From Octopus vulgaris (lineage: Eukaryota): a DNA stretch of 64,000 nucleotides. Position numbers and translations under genes: made by a program. This document shows positions 1 to 14,182 of the stretch, in pieces. The stretch covers positions 93,310,001 through 93,374,000 of the forward strand of contig OX597815.1 of NCBI GenBank assembly GCA_951406725.2, read 5' to 3'. The notes beneath the pieces are model-generated. The model was not told the DNA's origin. It worked only from the letters and a program-made list of their open reading frames with translations, and ran no database searches. The stretch's first letter is position 1, and each line of letters begins with the position of its first letter.

Positions 1-3000
1 GTTTCAAGCAACTCACTTCTCAAAGAAGGTTGCCCATGCTTGGTTTACATACTAGCCTGAATTAAGTGTTTCTGAAAATGTTGACATTTGCTAGTTAGTG
101 AAGTAAATACTTTTCTTAGTCTCAACTGCTCAAATATAAACTGGGTGTAGCTTAATTTCTTTTATTTTTTATTAATAACCTGATGCTTTTCACACAACCA
201 CTTCATTTGAAACATTTCTATTATTGTTATTCCAATTGTTATATGTTACATTTTATTTTAAAACAAAATTAGAGCAGAACATTTTAAGCCACACCCCTAA
301 GTGTCATATAAACTTTGTATTATCATTAGTGTAAATGTATTTACTACAAACTAAATACTTCTTAGTGCTTCCCATAATTTTAAATTCTGTAAGTACTTCC
401 CAGCAAGTCAGTTGTTTTATTGTACGACTTCTGAATAATACAGCTAATCCATAAATATAACCAATTTATTATCCCCCACCAAGACCACACATACAACAAC
501 TAATCATTACAGACTTAATTAGAAATAACTTCTAATTAGAAATTGATATCCAAGAGTAAATGCAGTAGATTTACAGGAGATGATGAAAGATTTTGCTTAT
601 CTTCAAATTGCTTATTTAAAATACAAAAACAATTCATCCTCTGTTGATAAGATTTTATAAAATAAAAAAATGTATATAATTCTCCCTAGAGAGCCACCAA
701 CTCAATTACTCAAGTTGATTGGTGGAATACATGTCAACACATATTGCTACTGACCTTAGATACTACCTGCATTTTTACTGACTGATTTACCAATTAGAGT
801 TGTTTCAATGCAGCCACACACACACACACACTGACTTCTATGAGCAGGAGGATGTAAGATGGTTACAAACTACTATCAACATGTTGGGTAGTTTTAACAT
901 AAAACAGCTTTAAGAAATATGTCAGGAATGTTAAAACACTTGTACCTCAACATCTCTAACAGTGGTAATCCATTTTATTTACATAGGCAAGACAAATTTA
1001 TAACAAGAAGGTACCTGTTTTAAACACTCTACTTTGAAATTCCATATATTAATGATGACAGTTCATAATTTATGAGATTTCATGTTAAAATTTAGAACTC
1101 ATTAGCTCATATCCCAAATGTTTTGTGTTGTCAGTGGTTAGGGAAATGCTACTTGATGCATTTTTAACCAATTGTTTAAGTATCAGGCTGTCTTGTAAAA
1201 CTTATTTCTGACTGACTAGTATCTTATCCAGAGATAATGAATAATTGATGGACTATATACATATACAATAAAATATTTAAAAAATTTTTTTTCTCTATAA
1301 AATGTTTAAACAATAATCAAAGAGGTGAAAATTATTCTGTTTTACACACTTAAAGAGGCACAGTTATGACTGTGGTTAAGAAGTTCACTTCCCAACCACA
1401 TGGTTCTGAGTTCAGTTCCACTGTGTGACACCTTGGGCTTTGTGAGTGAATTTGGTAAACAGAAACATGCATGTGCATGTGTACACTTATTATATTAGTT
1501 GTATGAACAACAGTGGAATGGCTAAATAGCAGCATTTGACTGTGTGTGAGGAACCCTCAACCATCATCAAATAATCACACCTATACTCTTCCTTTCATAT
1601 GCACAAAATAGATATTAAACAGCTCAGAACTAACAGAAAAACTCTACTCTTTCAAAATGCAACACTTCAGAACTATTATGAATGTTGAAATGATGAAACT
1701 TTGCACTAGAGAGATTGTAAAGATGTTGGAGTAGAGACCACAACATGTGTCAAAGTGGGAACCTCAGTCTGACTCCTCATAGGCAAGGAGCATGTACAAC
1801 TTCTTCTGGATGGGTAGCAGTACTAGAGTTGGTGAAGAGTTATGTTGTTTTCAGAGAAATGGATAGATAACATGTTTAAAGTAGTAGGGCTATATGATAC
1901 CTGTCATAATTAAGATTTAAATTGGTTATAGAGACAACACAGCAGTAAAAGTGATTTCTGCATAAGCACTCAAACAACACTGATAGGAATAGAAGGATCA
2001 TTTTTATTAAGCCCCTTTTGAAGACTCTATAAATCACAGATAACTGTGATTACATTATCACAACTAGTAATTTTAATCGACATGTTAGACAACAACAGGA
2101 TAGTTACTTCAATGTACACACTTATCTACCACTGAAGTGAATAAGCAATGTAGACAGACTTCATAATCACAAAGAAATAAGGATGGATAGATGGTTGTGA
2201 ACACTAAGTCTTTCTCTAGCAAAGACTGCACCACTAGACATAATGTAGTAAATTCAGATTATGGGCTAGATGGAACAAGAAACCCAAGACAATCTGGCTA
2301 AAGAAAGCATGGAAGCCGAATGCTCCCTCAGACAGAGTTAGGTTCAATAGATGATGAGGATGTTGAGAAGGAAGACAACTGATATTTATAAGTAATCCAA
2401 AAACAAATATGCACTTTTTGATATGCAGGTATTCATCAACAGGTGATTAGTCCTTACATTTCATAAGAGGGGAGAGAGAGAGAGTGTAAAATACATGATA
2501 CAGAGATATGAACAATCTATGTCAAATTGAAACCGGTCAGTGGAATATAATTAAATAACTTAAAAGGCAACTACCTATAATGGTATGGTAAGAACAGTTA
2601 TAAACATTCCAAGAGATACACACACACAATGACAGGTCCCTACATACACAGAGACACTGACAGATGTACTACCAAGCACACACACAGCCAAGCAATGCAC
2701 AGCAACAGGCACACACACTTCCACACCAGCTGTACCAACTACATATTCATAATTAATGTGTAATTAGCCCAAATTGAAATTAGTAGAAAAAATAAAGAAT
2801 AAATAAGTAAAACCAACAATATGGGGACAATCATTCCTTGCAGTAACCATTATCTGAAAACAGAAATATTATGTCAAATCAATTCTACCCTACCCCTACA
2901 GTTTATACTGGTTTGGTTACTTGGTGCAAGAAGAGAGAAAGACTACAAGTGAATTTCATAAGCCAGTCTTTCATATTTCTTCACTATCTTAATGATCAAT

Positions 3001-6000
3001 GATAGAATGAAAGGCAGGGTTGACTCCTGCAGGGTCATCTTGAATTAGGTGTTTGAGAAGTAATACAGTACAGCTGTCTCTCCCTCTCTCTACTACACTG
3101 ACCTATCTGTATGATGATAATTCATGTAAATACTTAGCCCCCCCCCCCGACTACTACTACTACTACTACTATTGTATTTTAATTATAGATTAACTAGAAA
3201 TATTTAAGATAATGCCAAATATTTTTATTATCAGAATCATTATTGTTTTTGTAGGGTATTGGACAAAATGACTTGTAATATTTAGTAATAACTTTTTATA
3301 TTCTGATTCAAATCTTACCAAGATTGATTTTATCTTCCTTCTGGAGACTAACATATGTGTGTTGACATGACCAAGTGTTAACAAGTTTCCTTTGCAATCA
3401 CATGGTTCTGGGTTTAATGCAGTACCTTTAGCAGATTCCACCCTACTGCACACATTCACACCGAATCTTGATACAGTAACTCATGGAATTGTAGTTTACA
3501 TTCCACCACCACCACCAGTCTTACTCATAAACACCATGGACATTAAATTTCCACAAATGACCAATACATAAACTAAATAATATCAATGAAATCCTTCTCC
3601 AAATTTGTGTCCATCTGCTGTTCGAAATCACTATCATCATTATCGTTTTATATCTTTTTATCCATGATGTCATGGGTTTGATGGGCTGTCAGTTTGTATT
3701 ATCTTGCATATATCAACAATAGTGAAAATTAGCCAACTTTGGTGATGTGTATGCCTTACAGTGTGGACTGGATGTATTTTATAATGCCACCATAAAAAAT
3801 ATTGAAGAGCCCCTTTATTCTATATCAATTCTTACATGGAGTTACTACTCCCTGGACAAGTAGACTGCACTGCAACTTGGAATCCATGTCCCATTTGTAT
3901 GTTCCATTTTAACATGTGGGTTCTATGGTTGCATGCCCTGTCTATCACCAACCCTTCTGAAGCCTACTGAAGTGCATTACAGAAATCACAGAGCCTGAGC
4001 ATTTAGTTTTACTCTTCGAGGTTTTGTTTCAAACCTTTCAGTTGTCAAATGTCTTGCATTTCTGCAGATGCCATTTAAATAAAGACTAGTCATGTGCTTG
4101 ACTCCCTCCCTAAATTAACTACACACAGCAAAACTGACATATAGAGTCCAAGTGTACTATTTCACATTTATGCAATGAAATCTTGCACCAGAACCTCTTC
4201 GACTTAATTTTTTTTACAGTCAAGTAGCTGTATCATGATCAACCCTTTTTTTATCACATTGAGGTGTGGAAGGCAGGTGGAATCATCCTTACTGTAGATA
4301 ATTAAGACATTAGACAAAAAGTGCTAATAATGTGGTTCCTCAGAGGAAGTTTATGGTGTTTTTGCCCATCTATAGCAACACTATGCAGTGGGTTTTTATA
4401 CTGTCAAGATGTACTACTCCACTGCTATTATTCAACAGAAATGAATCAGTTAATTGTTTGATATTTAATCATAAATTAGTACTAGACATGTGATTCAGCT
4501 GTAAGTTTATAACAATTATAATTTAGAGTCTTTGTTAAGAAACTTTTGAGTTGTCTGTGATTCTAATATTTAGTTATTGTCTTGTTTTCCTGTTATAAGG
4601 ACTATCATAATTGGGTGAGAGTGCAATAATATGGAATTTACATTGCTTTCATGTTATATTGACCAATATAATATTTTATCTTCTCAACTTGACTTCTACA
4701 ATAAAACAGTGTAACTGTAAATTCTGCAGAATGCAGTGATAAATCTGAACAGCACTGTGGTGTTATGTTGATCATATATGTTATATCATGTCAGATAGGC
4801 CTTTAGAATAACATCTTCTAAGAGTCACAAAGGATTCTAGTTTTATTGTGACATTATCCTTGTGAATGAACACAATTGTTGGCAAGTCTGACTAGCAAAA
4901 CAAAAGTCTCAACTCAAATATGAAACAATAATGTCTGGAATGATAGAACATACATGATGTGAGAATAGAAATTATATTCCAAAATGAAATAATGTATTGA
5001 GAGCACACATTAAAATCGCTATAGAAAGAAGGAAATATAAAAGCTGATTGTAAATGTTGGATAATAGCTGAAAGAGTGCAATCAAGAATGTAAGTGGCCA
5101 AAACAGGGTTCCTCTAAAAGATCCCTGGAGTAATATTACTCAACAGGGTGCTTAGCTTGAAGAATGGGGTCTCCCCAGTTTGAATCACCACTTCTTCACA
5201 CTGAAAGGTCACAGCTCCAGTACAAGGGACAAGTGATCAGAATGTCACAAGAAAGATTCACAAGATGGATTCTTCAGTCTAAACCAACCAGCGAGAAACC
5301 TAGGGGTAGACCAAGAACAAAATGATTGGATAATATTTCATAGTCTCAGTCACATTTGGGAATCCAGCTGGAAAATCTAATGACAGTTGCTTCTGATAGA
5401 ACCCCATGGAGGAGGTGTTTGAGGATTCAATCCCAATAACCCTATCAAGAATAGTGTGCAGAGAAGATGGATGGATACTACTAAGAACTGTGACTAATAT
5501 AATTCTAGTGCTGGGTTCAATTCAGTATAGTGGATAAGAACGCTAGATTTGTGAATGAAATAAAGGTTTGTGAGTTCTGTTTGAAATAGGGGGGTAACAG
5601 GAAAACAAAAGATTGTTTATCCAATAAATTTTTCCATTAGTACAAACAATAACTCATTACATATCACTGTGTGTGTTCATTTGTTTAACACTCATTTTTC
5701 CACATGGGCAAGACTGTAGGCAAGAGTCATTTGAGGCATTATTTTTATGACCAGATGCTCTTCCTGTCACCAACCCTTACCTTTTTTTCGAGTACAATAT
5801 TTTCATGCATTACACAGGTCTTCAAAAGAGTAGAGAGATTGGTCATAATGTCAACAAAGAATATCAACATCAATATCACTTCACTGATGACAAACATGAA
5901 ACATGGACATTCCTATGCATGAGCACATTTGCACCTGTCATCCCCACTCCCACACACTCGGACGCATGAGGTTTCTTACAGTTTCTGTCTATGAAATTCA

Positions 6001-6143
6001 CTCACAAGGTATTAGTTGACCTGGAGCTATAGCAGAAAATACCTACTTGAAGCAGCATGCAGTAGGGCAGAACCTGAAATCATGTGGTTATGAAGTGAAC
6101 TCAACCACACAGCCATACATGTGCCTATCATCCATACGCACAC

Positions 6144-6176
<33 letters not shown>

Positions 6177-9100
6177 CAACAAAGTAATATATATTGTAAT
6201 CTACATTGTGTCTTTTCAGTGGGTTATCAAGTAAACAATATTCCAGAAAGGATGTGAGCAATGATGATAAGAACAATCTGTTTCTCACAATATTTTTAAT
6301 AAACTTCTAACTGCACCAGATGACACCAACAAGCACAGTAAAGATTCTGAAATTTCTGTTTCCAAGTTTTCATACACAGTTAATTAGTCAAGCTTTCTTC
6401 ATAGATACATTGTAGATTAGGGGGATAGTCTTAGCTATTAGTAGGTATGCCCTACCACTTTATTAACAATTACTCTTATTATTATAACGGTAGTTAGCAG
6501 AATAAGTGGAGTGCTACACAAAATTCTTTGCAGTATTTAGTTATGTTCCTTTACATTCTGAGTTCAAAACCTGTCATGATCGATTTTTCTGTCATCCTTC
6601 AGTGTTCAATAAAAGTACTAATCAAATATTGGGGGAAAATGTTTCATTGAATTAACTATAATGCCACTTCTGCCAATGTATGGGTCTTGTACTAAAGGAA
6701 GAAATCATTATTACTTATATAACTGTACAATAGATGATTATAGTAGAGATTTATATTAAATACATTTTGGAGCAGAATTTAGTAACTCTTCTTTCCATCT
6801 TCAGCAGTGAAATAATTACAGACTATTGAATCAGCATCTGTTATTTCACTAGAATGGAACATCTTTCATTCCAAAACATGTCTTAAGGCTGGGAACAATC
6901 TTCATCACTACCAATATAGCAGAAACACTAAATAGGATACAGAGTTCCCCTTCAATGTTTTGAGTTCAAATCTTATCAGAGTGAATTACTTTTCATTACA
7001 AAAGAATTACCAATAATATGCTTGTATCACTTAAATCAATAATAATCCCTCCCTTACAATGTATGTCCTTTACCTTAAAAGATATCCATAAAGTGTATAG
7101 TTAGGACAGTCAACAACAGCAGACTGTTGGGCCTTGTAGTAATTTGAATTATAGACAACTATTCTCATCTCCAATAAATCTGTAGCTTTGTGCTGATGCA
7201 AGAAACCATCAATAAGATTACAAATATTTTTTAGTATTAAATTCATTTCCCTAGAGTGAGTGTGTATGTGTGTGTGACTAAGTGTGAGTGGCTGTGCATG
7301 CACGCGTGCACACACTCACAATTTAGAGTGAGTGTTTATAGTATTGGTAACTACATTATGCTTTGATCTATTCAACTAAACCATTTATGCATGTACATGT
7401 GTAGCAATTTGGTGGAGAAAAAGAACTTGATAACAATCAAATTGTAAGCAGATATCCTGGAGAGGAAAATAAAAGTCCAGACTGTTTTTATCTCTCAATT
7501 ACAACACTTCTAAGTCATTTAGACTTTAAAAAAATATTATCCAAACCAACCACATTTTACCTAGTTAAAGGCATTCAAGCCATGACCAACCTTACTGTTT
7601 CCTCTATTCTAGAAATTGTGCATCCAATGGGTTCTCAAAGAAAGAAAGAAAGAAAGAGAAAGAAAGAATGGAAGGAAGAAAATAAGAAGGAAGGAAAAGA
7701 AAGATGTGGTATTGATAGAGACCTGATACATTTTCTGATAGATGCCCCCCCACCACCACCACCATCCACCATTGATTTGAAATGATAAACTCTATAACTT
7801 GGACAAGTGTGCGTATGTGTTAGATCAAAGACACTGATGATCAATAACTGGAGATTGCTTTCATTTGCATGACACTGGTTATGAAATGAGAATGCAGTTG
7901 AATACAATTTGACGGTATCATAACTTTTTGAAGAACAGGTTGTATATGAAAGTTGAACTACTGCATGGTCCAGTTAGAAATAACAACGGTGTCTGGTGAA
8001 ATGTTTTTGTTTTAAATCAACTAATCAATGTACCAATTAACCACACAACCAACTAACCAATCAACCAACCAGCCAATTAATCAATATCTAAACTTGCTTA
8101 TAAAGGAATGAATGTAGAAAAGAGAAAAAGAAAAGAGAAAAAAAACATCTATACAGTTCTCTGACTGGTTCCTGTCAGAAAATTTGGAAAATAATAATAA
8201 AGAGACTATAACATCCAAATTAAGCAACAGTATATACAGAAATATTGATAAAATAATTGTACTGAAATACATCAGTTAATAGTGATAAGTAAACAATTTC
8301 ATACACACTGGTCACTCTCATAAGAGTGTGTGTGTAAGCAAGAGAGAGAGACAGAGACAGATATGTTCAGAGAAATAAAATAAAAAAAAACTGTAGGGGT
8401 ATAGCCCAAAGAAATAACTATATCATAATTTGAGGTTTTTTGTGAAGATTATCTCTGTATAATCAAGTGTTTGAACCCCTAACTTAATATTATAGTCATA
8501 ATAGCTAGCGTCCTTTGAAAAACAAACCTAAAAAACTCTTTTCTGACAAGATAAACTTCACATAACTTAGTAAGTAGTGATTAACACAAAATCTCCAAAA
8601 CACTGGTTCATTATAGCAGGATGTTATATTTATCCATCACTAAAGGTTAAAAACCACTCGACTAGATGCAGAGATTCACAATCTAAGATTAATTTTAACG
8701 TCTCTTTACAACTCTCGGCCCATATTTATTGTCTTGTATAATCAGTTTACTTTACAAACACACACAATACAAACAGCAACTAAAAGGCTATCTTTCCCTA
8801 CGGTTAAGTTGACATAACATTTAGAAATAACTTTGTTATTTTCTGAAGAACATAATTTATTTGTTAACAACACTATACTGCAGCACAAACAAATGTTAAA
8901 AAAAGATTGTTATTTTGTCTTGTCAATAGTGATATCTAATTCAACGAGGATGTTGAACTGACTGGATATGTAATTTACAAGAAACTGAATCAAAAATTTA
9001 GGGAAGTATTTCAAAGCATTCCACACCCATTTTACTCAGTGATAAACAGTATCGTCTCAAAAATAGTCCAATCTGACAGAGTCCACTCTGCCATCCAACA

Positions 9101-9248
9101 AAATAACTAAATTATACCAGTAACTGGTAGAATTTATTGTGATATCTCTTAAACAATGTTGCATGTGTTTTTAACAAGTTTATTTATTTATAACACCAAA
9201 TAAAGTTTGATATAAAAAGTTTAATATATACTGAGCAGCTTAACTATG

Positions 9249-9590
9249 AAACAGCAAATACAGTAATACCGAGTAGTTTCATTATCAAATAGTAAATATA
9301 ACACTGGGTAGTTTGTCAAACGGCAAATATAATAATACTGGGTAGTTTCCATTAACAGTAAATACAACACTAGATAGTTTGTCAAACAGAAAGTACATCA
9401 GTATTAGGTAGTTTCATTATCAGACAGTAAATATAACACTAGGCAGTTAAGTCAAACAGCAAATACAATAACACTGAGTAGTTTCGTTATCAAACAGGAA
9501 CTATAACTCTAACTGATTTAAAGATCAACAATAAATATGACAGTAATCAGTAAATATAAATTCCAGGTAGTTTAATTGTCAAATAGTTAA
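9249..9590. repeat. Minisatellite with alternating ~38-bp and ~31-bp units
   Basis: aaacagcaaatacagtaataccgagtagtttcattatc / aaatagtaaatataacactgggtagtttgtc repeated for about 4-5 dimers with decay. Confidence 0.8.
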
Positions 9591-10018
9591 TGTATTGTCA
9601 ATTTTTTGAGATAATTAGTAGTTTAATATATATACACACATACACATACATACATATACACCGTAATTGTTTTAGATCAATAGATGTAAGTTTGCAATGT
9701 TCAGCATGTGACAGCATCACTGCATCATATGAGGAGGAAAGTGGGAGGAGAAAACATGGAGAAAAGGAAAACAAAAAGAAAGGAAAAAAGAGAATTAAAC
9801 AATGTTCTTTTTTTTTTCTCTCTCTTTTCAAGCATAAAATAACTTCAATATAATCTACAATCTGAAAATTTTCAGTTAATAACTGCTAAAAACAAAAGGT
9901 AGAGTTAAAGAAGTTTATAGCAAACTGAAGGGTTCGAGATATTTTTACATGATAACCCTCCCCAGTTAGAGCACCAAACAGAAATTCAATACAAACAATA
10001 GAAGAAATATGTACTTAC

Positions 10019-10077
10019 CTTCTATATGACAATAATCAGAATTTGGGTTGACTTTTTCTGGATCCATTCCAAAACCA
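10019..10077 (-). CDS. trio: Trio/Kalirin RhoGEF, internal exon (59 nt, phase 2-1)
   Basis: ttttttatttag|T GGT...GAA G|gtaagt. The junction AG+T gives Ser, then GFGMDPEKVNPNSDYCHIE. Phase fits the 32526 donor and the peptide aligns with the recalled Trio loop ...KTPHNSSINHIE. Confidence 0.85.
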
Positions 10078-10256
10078 CTAAATAAAAAACGAATGAGTTT
10101 TTCACCATAGTGCAGGAATTTTGCACAGAAAAACATAGCAATAATAAACATGACTTTAATGAGCACATAGACAGCTGATAGTACAAATGAGAGAATGCCT
10201 TTGGTTTGTAAATTCCGGAATGATTTTTTAAATGATTTGTGTGGTCTTGTCGGCAT
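10078..10256 (-). CDS. trio: Candidate 5' extension (alternative first exon) of the 59-nt trio exon encoding a basic plus hydrophobic N-terminus
   Basis: The frame is open from a TAA at 10328-10326 into the exon. ATG at 10256 in CACCATG context. Encodes MPTRPHKSFKKSFRNLQTKGILSFVLSAVYVLIKVMFIIAMFFCAKFLHYGEKLIRFLF. Confidence 0.5.
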
Positions 10257-11489
10257 GGTGCTGGTGGCTTTCACAAATATCTCATGGCTAACAACAAGAA
10301 CAACATAGATAATCCACAGAGAACTTTACAGGTAAATATAGAAATTATTCACTCTTAGCTGTCAGGTAATATAATCCCATAAAAAGTTTTTTATAAACAG
10401 TCTGAAGGTTTCTTTTCTGATGGCCATTTTCTTCCCGTTTTCATGTCATGTAAGTTGTACGAAGTGAAGTTTGCTCATCAGCCAGAATCACCTGTTGTCG
10501 AGCGACAAAACAAACTACAATCCCAATGCACATCATACTTTTCAGCGTAAATGTTGGCCGGCAATCATCTGAGCTGACACACAAAACACTGAGGAGCTAC
10601 ACATTAAAGCTATTATTAACACATATTACATAGTCACTCCAATAAAATGAAGTGAATGTGGTCAAAAACTGGTTGGGGCTTAAAAATGCAAGGAGCTGCT
10701 TGTTGTGAGAGTACGAAAACTAATAGCTGGAGTTGGAGCTGGAGCTAGTAGAGAAGCATGCTTACAGCTCCATAGTTGATATGGTAATATCAACTACTGT
10801 AGCATGTGTTAGTAGCTAGAAGCAGCTGACAGGCGAGTTTCAGTGTAAGTAAAAAACCAAACAAACAGAAAAAGAAAGGAAGTAACGACTAGCCTGCCTT
10901 CAACAGCAACAGTCACTTGTGAGTACTGTACAATATTTCTTTTTCTTTTTTTATTTTATTATTCCTAATCAGTGTTTAAATTAACAATCTTCACTAACTA
11001 GCTACAGTTTTATATCACAAAACACACACACACATGCACAAAATACATTAAAGGAAAGTAATAAAAGCATTTCCCCTATAGTCACCCTGTGATTTCTCTC
11101 ACCCCACCTTCCCAAGAAGAATTATTCAGAAATTACTTTTGTTTTCAACTTTTTACTTTTTCTTTTCCTTTTTTTTTTTTTTTTTTTTACACAAGTTAAT
11201 TAAGTAGATTATGTCAACCAGTTAAAACAATTATTACTTTCTGTAATATATTCATAAAATCCAAAAAATAGACCTGCGTGTGTGTGTGTGTGTATGTTGA
11301 GAGATATGTGTTTATGTACATCTGATACTGTGTCAGACAAGATAGGACCATCAACTAGATGTTCAAATTATAATCTCAAATATATTTATTTGAAATCATA
11401 GAAAAATTACTTGATTGTGTGTGTGTGCATGTGTGTACACCTTATTGTTACTTTTGATACTTTTACCCTTATTATCATTATTATTACTG

Positions 11490-11855
11490 ACAAGTTGGTA
11501 GAATTGATAGCACATCAGACGAAATGATTAGCAGCATTTTTTCTGGTTTTACGTTCTGCATTCAAACCCCACTATGGTCGAGTTTGCTTTTCACCCTTTC
11601 AGGGTCGATAAAATAGGTACCGCTATAGCAGGGCATGGGGGTTTGGTGTAATTGACTAGATCCCTCTCCTCAAAATTTTCAGAGTTTGTAGCAGCATTTC
11701 GCCCATCTTTACATTCTGAGTTCAAATTCTGCCAAGGTTGACTTTCGTCCTTTTGGGGTCAATAAATCAAAGCACTAGTTGAGTACTGGGGTCAATGAAA
11801 TCAACTTACTCCTCCTCGAAAGTGCTGGCCTTGTGTCAAAATTTGAAATCATTAT
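11490..11855 (+). mobile_element. Two tandem SINE family B copies
   Basis: Similarity to 52525-52740. Confidence 0.7.
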
Positions 11856-11866
11856 CATCATCATCA

Positions 11867-11897
<31 letters not shown>

Positions 11898-12906
11898 CTT
11901 AGAGGAAACAATAAAGGCGCACACGTATGGTGAGATCAATGGGGTTTGATATTAAGCTTGAACTTCAGTCAATCACAAATTGAAGGCAAGTATTTACTTT
12001 GGAGTGTATTGGGTAGGCACATTTGAAATGACTAAGAGAAAAGACAAGTGCACTGAGATGGGTCTAGAGTAGAATTGCCAGTTCAAAGGAACAGAAGCTA
12101 TCATAGTACCTGTACAAATGCCAAAGAGCAGACCCATGGTGTCTGGTTCTGCTCCCTGAAGTAGTTATAGCTTTAATTTAATTTTAATGAAAGGATTAAA
12201 ACAAAACCTCATAAAACTTCCTAAAACAATTTCCAAAACTTATCTATAAACAAAGATAGCCACTGTTTAATAATATGGCAATATCTGAGGGGAAGGGATT
12301 TCTACAATAGAAATAATTTTTTTGTTAATTAAGAGAACTTCCTAAGTTTAAATAATCATCATGATTATCTTATGTCTATTATTGCATATATTAAGAGTAA
12401 AGTTGCTCAATAAAACAGTTCACATTATAAAGCTCCAGTTCTGCTATCTTACAGCTCATTTAATAAACATGCAAGTCACATGTTTCACTGTGCTTTCAGG
12501 TGATTCTGGATAACTGCCAGGCATTATGCAACTTCATATTAACTATTTCCAGTTATTCTGAGACCAACAGCAGTTAAGACTCTGTGATGTTGGTAGGAAT
12601 AGCAGCTAGCAGTAGGTGAAGTTGTGGGCGTGGATCACTTGGATTTCAACTCTTCATACATATTTATATACTTACATAGATTTGTGTGTGTGTATGTACG
12701 TGTACACATAAACAATATAATACTTGATTTGAATAATAAAAAAAGAAAAATATCTTAAACAATTCTAGATTAGAAGAACGTTATTTCAAGTAATACAATG
12801 GTCACAATGTCAAAAATATATCTAGTAAATACAAATCCATTAGAATTTATTCATCTCTTACATAAATGCAGTCAATGAGTCACAGATATCCCAAAATAAC
12901 TAGATA

Positions 12907-12951
<45 letters not shown>

Positions 12952-12969
12952 ACACACATATGCACACAT

Positions 12970-13292
12970 CTTTTATCTTTTACTTATTTCTGTCATTGGA
13001 CTGTGGTCATGCTAGGACACTGTCTTGAAGGGTTTAGTTGAAGACATTGATTAGTCTTTTTTTTTGCTGATCAACCAAGTTACAGGGATGTAAACAAACT
13101 AACACCTGTTGCCAAGCAGTGGTTGAGGAGAAACATAAAACAAAGATACACACATATGACAGGCTTCTTTCAGTTTCTGTCTGCCCCATCCACTCACAAG
13201 AATTTTGTTAGCCTGAGGCTGAAGACACATGCAGAAATTGAATCCAGAACCATATGGTTGGGAAGCAACTTCTTAACATGCAGCCATGCCTG
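12970..13292 (-). mobile_element. Degenerate SINE family A copy
   Basis: Reverse-complement similarity to 17416-17926. Further fragments near 1358-1470, 5970-6120, 20490-20735, 21330-21570 and 24478-24630. Confidence 0.7.
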
Positions 13293-13294
13293 TA

Positions 13295-13330
<36 letters not shown>

Positions 13331-14182
13331 CAGACAGAAAGACACACACACACACACACACAGTAATGATACAGGCATCTTTCTGAGGTATTTGTGTTGA
13401 CAAGTTTCAGGGCACTTCACATTAAGTATAGATGCCTGCCAGCATGGAACATTGACATAAAACGATGATGATGATGATAACGAAGACAATGATAATGAAC
13501 AGAATAACTGTGTGTTACACATGATCAAGACATTAAAGGAACATCTGAATGTATGTGCGAGAGAAAAAGGAGACATAGGGAGGGAGATTCAAAAGTCACT
13601 TGACATTTTAAAATCTGTTTCGTAGCAGGTAAATATTTACAATAAAAACAGTTCTGGTGGAATAAGTAAGGTATTTAGAATACTGAGAAGTTCTATTGCA
13701 CATACCAACATTACACAGAAACAGGTTGGTGTCCATGCTTATTACTCTGTACAGTATTTTATGGGAGATAACGTAACACATCTAAATTGTCATATTGCAT
13801 ACCATAGAATTAACTAATACTTGTAGAGATGTGTAATTTGGCCCTTAGCATAGTGTACCTGAAACAACAACTTGTTAGGTTAGCTCAGGTTTGGCATAAG
13901 TTTGCTCAACCAAAGCTGACCAGTTGCTACACAACGACACTAAATCAAGTTGCCTCAATAAAATCCAACAACTACTTATAATGGATCCCTAAACAATTGG
14001 CCAGTCTCCATCTGTGGTAACTAAAACAGCCTGTAGTCATACATCTTGACTGCTATACTGTTCTCTATACAATTAACCTTTGTGCCAAGGAGTGTGGTGG
14101 TCTCAGAGCAGACTACATAATTTAGTATGATTGAGATACTGAGTTAAGTTTATACATATATATATATATATATATATATGAC

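Noticed and set aside
7635-7907. Gly-rich ORF as a trio exon
   Set aside because: Low-complexity (GGT)n and pyrimidine tracts, no convincing phase-1 splice sites, no spectrin similarity.
9249-9590. CRISPR-like array of ~30-38-bp units
   Set aside because: No unique spacers, units are mutually homologous and degenerate, no cas genes, eukaryotic context.
1-10018. Following constitutive trio exon (phase-1 acceptor)
   Set aside because: No matching spectrin-like peptide found by eye; probably outside the window.
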